Assembly (NCBI GenBank): GCA_035547515.1
Contig: DASZUS010000045.1
Location: 171,291-235,290, forward strand
Length of the DNA: 64,000 bases
From: Mycobacteriales bacterium
GTDB taxonomy: Bacteria > Actinomycetota > Actinomycetes > JAFAQI01
Direction: 5' to 3'
Position 1 is the first letter of the stretch, and every line of letters begins with the position of its first letter. The position numbers and the translations under genes were made by a program. Shown one piece after another: positions 59,587-64,000 of this stretch. The notes below the pieces were generated by a model. That model had not been told where the DNA came from. It was given only the letters and a program-made list of their open reading frames with translations, and ran no database searches.

Positions 59587-60972
59587 GTGTCGGGCGCACG
59601 AGTGGTCATCGCTTCGAACCGCGGGCCGCTTTCGTTCCGCCGGGTCGAGGGCGAGATCACGTCCAGCCGGGGCGGGGGCGGGTTGGTCTCCGCCATGGCG
59701 GTTGCGGCTGCTCAGCCCGATGCTCTCTGGATCTGCGCCGCCCTGTCGGATGACGACCGGGAGGTCGCTGCGGGAGCACCGGGCGGGCGAGTCGATGAGG
59801 CAGGCTTCGACGCCGACGGCGCCTCGGTGCGGATGCTGGACATCGACGCCGGCGTGCTGAGCGCGGCCTACAACTCGATCGCGAACTCGACGTTGTGGCC
59901 GCTCAACCATGGGCTGCTCGACGGCCTGCCGGCGTACGACGAGGAGTGGCGGCGGGACTGGACGGCGTACGGCGAGTACAACGCCGCGTTCGTTTCGGCA
60001 ATCGCCGAGGAAGCAGCCCCGGGCGCGATCGTGCTGGTGCAGGACTACCACCTCGACCTGGTGCCGGCCGGGCTGCGGGAGGCGCGACCGGACCTCAAGA
60101 TCTCGCACTTCACCCACACGCCGTGGGCGAAACCGCAGGACTTCGCCGGCCTGCCTGAGGACGTCGCACGCGCCGTGATCAGCGGCCTGCTCGGCGCCGA
60201 CTCGCTGGGCTTCCACTCCCCGCGCTGGGCGGCGGACTTCGGCGGGTGCGCCGCAGCGCTCGGCATCGAGGTGACGACGCCGTTGCGGGCCCATCCGCTC
60301 GGCGTCGACCCCGAGCCATTGCTGGCGCGAGCAGGCGAGCCCGACGTGGCCGAGCGGCGGGCGGGGTTGCGGGCAGCCGTGGGCGATGCCGCGGTCGTCG
60401 GCCGGGTCGATCGGACCGAGCCCGCGAAGAACATCCACCGCGGTCTGCTCGCCTTCGCCGAGCTGCTGCGACGCCATCCGGAACACGTGGGACACGTGGT
60501 CCACCTCGCGGTCGCATACCCGAGCCGGCAGGACGTCGCCGAGTACCGCGACTACACCGCGCTGTGCCGCGACACCGCCGCGCGCATCAATGACGAGCTC
60601 GGCCGCGACGGGTGGAAGCCGATCAGCCTCGAGGTCCGGGACGACTACGCGCGCTCACTGGCGACGCTGGCGATCTCCGACGTACTGCTGGTGAACTCGA
60701 TGCGCGACGGGATGAATCTTGTTGCCAAGGAAGGCGTGCTGCTCAGCGACGATGCTGCGCTGGTGCTCTCCCGCGAGACCGGCGCCGCCGATGAAATGAC
60801 CGCGGCCATGCTGGTGGACCCGCTCGACATCGAGGGCACCGCCGAAGCGTTGCACGATGCACTGTCGATGAGCCGCAAGCAGCGGGCCGAGAGCCATGCC
60901 GCGCTCGCCCGCGTGGCGGCGGCGCTGCCGCCGCGGGAATGGCTGCAGCAGCAGATCGACGTGCTGTCCTGA
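59587..60972 (+). CDS. otsA: Alpha,alpha-trehalose-phosphate synthase (UDP-forming)
   Basis: GT20 family; GTG start; 461 aa. Confidence 0.9.
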   Translation: MSGARVVIASNRGPLSFRRVEGEITSSRGGGGLVSAMAVAAAQPDALWICAALSDDDREVAAGAPGGRVDEAGFDADGASVRMLDIDAGVLSAAYNSIANSTLWPLNHGLLDGLPAYDEEWRRDWTAYGEYNAAFVSAIAEEAAPGAIVLVQDYHLDLVPAGLREARPDLKISHFTHTPWAKPQDFAGLPEDVARAVISGLLGADSLGFHSPRWAADFGGCAAALGIEVTTPLRAHPLGVDPEPLLARAGEPDVAERRAGLRAAVGDAAVVGRVDRTEPAKNIHRGLLAFAELLRRHPEHVGHVVHLAVAYPSRQDVAEYRDYTALCRDTAARINDELGRDGWKPISLEVRDDYARSLATLAISDVLLVNSMRDGMNLVAKEGVLLSDDAALVLSRETGAADEMTAAMLVDPLDIEGTAEALHDALSMSRKQRAESHAALARVAAALPPREWLQQQIDVLS

Positions 60973-60981
60973 CCGCGGCGC

Positions 60982-61791
60982 TCAACCGCCGTTGAGCATC
61001 GCCGCAAGCTCCGCCAGCCACGCGACGACCGCGGCCGGGCCGGGCAGCACCAGGTCGGCACGCGCGGCGACCTCGGCAGGGACGTCGTGGTCCGCGGGGT
61101 CGACGCTTGCGACGGTCAGGCCAGTGATGCCCTCGTGGCGGAGCCGGTCGATCGCGTCATACGCCGGAAGGTCGCCGAGGTCGTCGCCGGCGTAGACGAC
61201 GGTCCGCGAGCCGAGCTCGGATGCGAGCGTCTCCAGCGCGCTGCCTTTGTCGATGCCCGGTGGCCGTAGCTCGATGACGTAGCGGCCAGGGACCGCCTCG
61301 AGGCCGCACTGCGCCGCGACCTCCGCCAGCCGGGGCCGCAGGGCCTCGAGCGCACCGGAGGGATCAGCGGCGTTGCGGGTGTGCACCGCAACCGAGTGCG
61401 TCTTGTCCTCGAGCCGGACACCGGGCGCCGACTCGGCGACGAGACCGGCGAGCAGTGCCCGCGCCCGCTCTACCCCCTCGACGGGAGCCGGGGAGCTCGT
61501 CGATCCCGCCTGCCAGCTCTGCAACCCGTAGTGGCCGAGCACCCGTATGCCGGAGGTGGCCGGAAGGCCGGCCAGCGTGACGATCTCGTCGGCGGCCCGA
61601 CCGCTGACGATCGCCACGCCGCCCACCCCCGCAGCCACCAGGTCGGCGAGTGCTTCGACCGCGCCCGGTGCCGGCCGCGAGTCCTCAGGCCGCGCGACGA
61701 TCGGCGCCAACGTTCCGTCGAAGTCGACCGCGACCAGCGCCGACCCGGGGTCGGTCCGCACCGCCGCCACGGCATCGGTGACGCCTGCCAT
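60982..61791 (-). CDS. otsB: Trehalose-6-phosphate phosphatase
   Basis: HAD motif I VAVDFDGTL; 269 aa. Confidence 0.88.
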   Translation of the reverse strand: MAGVTDAVAAVRTDPGSALVAVDFDGTLAPIVARPEDSRPAPGAVEALADLVAAGVGGVAIVSGRAADEIVTLAGLPATSGIRVLGHYGLQSWQAGSTSSPAPVEGVERARALLAGLVAESAPGVRLEDKTHSVAVHTRNAADPSGALEALRPRLAEVAAQCGLEAVPGRYVIELRPPGIDKGSALETLASELGSRTVVYAGDDLGDLPAYDAIDRLRHEGITGLTVASVDPADHDVPAEVAARADLVLPGPAAVVAWLAELAAMLNGG

Positions 61792-61800
61792 CAGCCGGGC

Positions 61801-62385
61801 TCAGTCGTGCCAGTCGGCGGTCAGGATCAAGGTCAGCCCGGTGAAGGCGATCCTCGCCGCACTGTCCGGCTCGACGCGGCGGATCGAGGCGAACTCGCTC
61901 GCCAGGTGTTGCGCCGCGGCCTTGAGCCCTGGCGCGTAGTAGAGCGTGGTCAGCGAGGATGCGCCCCTGACATTGCCGACGTCGATCACCGTCCAGCCTC
62001 GCGCACTGACCTCGTCGGCGACGTGGTGGGCCAAGCCGGTGATCGTCGTGCTGTTGTACACGCGGACCGGCGCCATCGCGGTCTGGTCCGGCTTCGGCTT
62101 GGGCTTGGGCTTGGCCGGCGGCGGCTTCGCGGTATGCGCCGGCGCCGAGGGGCTCGTGGATGCGGCCGCCGCGGGGCTGACGGTGGCGTGCGGCGTCAAC
62201 GACGCGCCCAGCGACGGAGTCGTCGCCGTGACCACGCCCGGCCCCGGCTGGTTACCGGAGGAGTGCCCGTTGATCTCGAGGACGACCACCACGACGAGGA
62301 CGACCGCCGCGACGGCGATGATCGGTGCGAGCAGGCGTACGACGGCCCTGCGTCCCGCGGGACGTGGCGCCCGGTGCCGACCCAC
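61801..62385 (-). CDS. LytR C-terminal domain membrane protein
   Basis: N-terminal TM anchor, Pro/Ala/Lys-rich linker (KPKPKPKP), C-terminal LytR_C-like domain. Confidence 0.6.
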   Translation of the reverse strand: MGRHRAPRPAGRRAVVRLLAPIIAVAAVVLVVVVVLEINGHSSGNQPGPGVVTATTPSLGASLTPHATVSPAAAASTSPSAPAHTAKPPPAKPKPKPKPDQTAMAPVRVYNSTTITGLAHHVADEVSARGWTVIDVGNVRGASSLTTLYYAPGLKAAAQHLASEFASIRRVEPDSAARIAFTGLTLILTADWHD

Positions 62386-62435
62386 CCACGGCTCGTTCGA
62401 GCCCGAGCCTCGGGGTCCGATGGCGAGACCTTAGA

Positions 62436-62804
62436 TCAGGCCTCGAAGCCCAGGCGGCGCGCCGAACGCTGGCGCTGCCGGGCGGCCCGCATCCGTCGCA
62501 GCCGCTTGACCAGCATGGGGTCGGCGGCCAGGGCCTCCGGCCGGTCGAGCAGGGCGTTGAGGACTTGGTAGTAGCGCGTGGCCGACATGTCGAACAGGTC
62601 GCGGATCGCCTGCTCCTTGGCCCCGGCGTACTTCCACCACTGCCGCTCGAACTCGAGAATCGCGCTGTCGCGCTCGGAAAGCTCGCCGGCTGTGGGTTCG
62701 CGGTCGGAGACCGCCCCGATTGTGCTCATGGCAAACTCCTGCATCGTCCGGCGCCGAACTACAGCAGTGTCATTCTGGCACGGGTCGGGCGCGAGGTCAC
62801 GCAA
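62436..62804 (-). CDS. DUF3263 domain protein
   Basis: Small helical protein with conserved ERDSAILEFERQWWKY...TRYYQVLNALLD core. Confidence 0.6.
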   Translation of the reverse strand: MRDLAPDPCQNDTAVVRRRTMQEFAMSTIGAVSDREPTAGELSERDSAILEFERQWWKYAGAKEQAIRDLFDMSATRYYQVLNALLDRPEALAADPMLVKRLRRMRAARQRQRSARRLGFEA

Positions 62805-62814
62805 GAGGCCCCGA

Positions 62815-64000
62815 TCAGGGGTAGAGGCCGCGAATCCGGTGGGCCTCGGCCACCCGCCCGACCGCGATGATCTGCGCGGCGGTGCGCTTGGACACAGCGC
62901 GCTCGCGGGCGACGGCGGCGACCTCGGCGTACGAGCGCTCCATGATCGCCTGCATCCGGGCGACCACCTCCTGCTCGGACCACCAGTAGACCTGGATGTC
63001 CTGCACCCATTCGAAGTAGGAGACCGCGACGCCGCCGGAGTTGGCGAGGATGTCCGGGACGACGACGGTGCCTTTGCCCTCGAGGATCGCGTCGGCCTTC
63101 GGGGTGGTCGGACCGTTGGCGCCCTCGACGACGAACCTCGCCCGGATCGCGTCGGCGTTGCCCTCGTGGATCACGCCTTCGAGCGCGGCCGGGACGAGCA
63201 CGTCGACGTCGAGCTGCAGCAGCTCGTCGTTCGTGATCCGGTCGGTGCCGGGGTAACCCGCCACGGTCGCGAGGCCCGCGCGGACGTCCTTGAGCATCGC
63301 GGCGGCATCCAGCCCCGCCGCGTTGTAGGCGCCGCCGCCGACATCGGAGATCGCGACGACCTTGCAGCCGGCCTGCTGGAGAAACTCCGCCGCCATGCCG
63401 CCGACCTTGCCGAAGCCCTGTACGGCGACGGTGACTCCGGCCGGGTCGACCCCTGCCTCCCGCAACGCCGCGAACACTGCGATCTGCACGCCGCGGCTGG
63501 TCGCTCCGCCGCGGCCCTCCGACCCGCCGACGCTGAGCGGCTTGCCGGTGACGACCCCGGGCGTCGTGTAGCCCTTCTGCACCGAGAAGGTGTCCATGAA
63601 CCACGCCATGGTCTGCTCGTCGGTGCCGACGTCGGGAGCAGGGATGTCCTTCTCCGGGCCGACGATCGGGAACAGCTCGCTGGCGTAGCGGCGGGTGACC
63701 CGCTCCAGCTCGAAGTGGCTGTACTTGCCGGGATCGATGGTGACGCCGCCCTTGGCCCCGCCGTACGGGATGCCGATCAGTGCGCACTTCCAGGTCATCC
63801 ACATGGCGAGCGCCCGGACCTCGTCGATGTCGGTCGACGGGTGGTAGCGGATCCCGCCCTTGGCAGGGCCGCGCGCATCGTTGTGCTGGACCCGGTAGCC
63901 GCGCAACACCTCGATGCGGCCGTCGTCGCGGCGCAGCGGGATCGCGACGGTCAGCTCGCGGCGCGGCGTCGCCAGCGTGTGGTACATCCCGTCGTCGAGC
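62815..64000 (-). CDS. Glu/Leu/Phe/Val dehydrogenase (glutamate dehydrogenase-like), N-terminal end may run past the window
   Basis: Catalytic-Lys region GPAKGGIRYHP and GGAKGG; NAD(P) Rossmann GFGKVGG. Confidence 0.88.
   Translation of the reverse strand, partial: LDDGMYHTLATPRRELTVAIPLRRDDGRIEVLRGYRVQHNDARGPAKGGIRYHPSTDIDEVRALAMWMTWKCALIGIPYGGAKGGVTIDPGKYSHFELERVTRRYASELFPIVGPEKDIPAPDVGTDEQTMAWFMDTFSVQKGYTTPGVVTGKPLSVGGSEGRGGATSRGVQIAVFAALREAGVDPAGVTVAVQGFGKVGGMAAEFLQQAGCKVVAISDVGGGAYNAAGLDAAAMLKDVRAGLATVAGYPGTDRITNDELLQLDVDVLVPAALEGVIHEGNADAIRARFVVEGANGPTTPKADAILEGKGTVVVPDILANSGGVAVSYFEWVQDIQVYWWSEQEVVARMQAIMERSYAEVAAVARERAVSKRTAAQIIAVGRVAEAHRIRGLYP

Noticed and set aside
59572-60504. 310-aa minus-strand ORF
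   Set aside because: Antisense to otsA. Shadow ORF.

Overview
This is a high-GC (roughly 70%) actinobacterial chromosomal segment, gene-dense on both strands, with many 4-nt start/stop overlaps (ATGA/GTGA) indicating operons. Several blocks recall Mycobacterium/Nocardia loci from memory: glpD-TetR-FAD oxidase, cyp51-ferredoxin-cyp123, and pdxH-citA-serC.

Main content, in order:
- 3' end of the pstCAB phosphate ABC transporter.
- A DUF47 protein paired with the PitA phosphate transporter.
- A TetR regulator and an acyl-CoA dehydrogenase, divergent.
- glpD, a TetR regulator and an FAD-linked oxidase.
- A receptor-type Ser/Thr kinase with a Pro/Thr-rich C-terminal tail.
- tRNA-Arg(CCT).
- Several MFS transporters, each paired with a TetR or MarR regulator.
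- Polyphosphate kinase 2.
- pntAA-pntAB-pntB transhydrogenase.
- A ~10-gene minus-strand sterol-type P450 operon (CYP142-like, a substrate-binding lipoprotein, carboxymuconolactone decarboxylase, a HIBADH-like reductase, an NTF2-like protein, ferredoxin, CYP51, CYP123-like, TetR and a 418-aa unknown).
- MarR-crcB-crcB (fluoride channel pair).
- A minimal K+ channel.
- Pirin, a GlcD-like FAD oxidase and serA.
- Two NlpC/P60 hydrolases.
- UDG, pdxH, citA and serC.
- Secreted hydrolases (a TAP-type alpha/beta hydrolase, an S53 peptidase and a beta-propeller protein).
- yaaA, then a DUF3027 protein, an MFS transporter and a cold-shock protein.
- A LarE-like PP-loop protein.
- groEL with CIRCE elements.
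- A candidate c-di-AMP (ydaO-type) riboswitch upstream of an NlpC/P60 gene.
- A DUF559 protein.
- otsA/otsB, a LytR_C protein, a DUF3263 protein and a partial glutamate dehydrogenase.

The most striking locus is a ThrC-like PLP enzyme translationally coupled to a ThiS/MoaD-type sulfur carrier ending in Gly-Gly, preceded by a clear SAM-I (S-box) riboswitch. This fits a MetM/MetO-type sulfur-carrier-dependent homocysteine/methionine route.

Many long ORFs in the six-frame track are GC-frame shadows antisense to real genes and were rejected.
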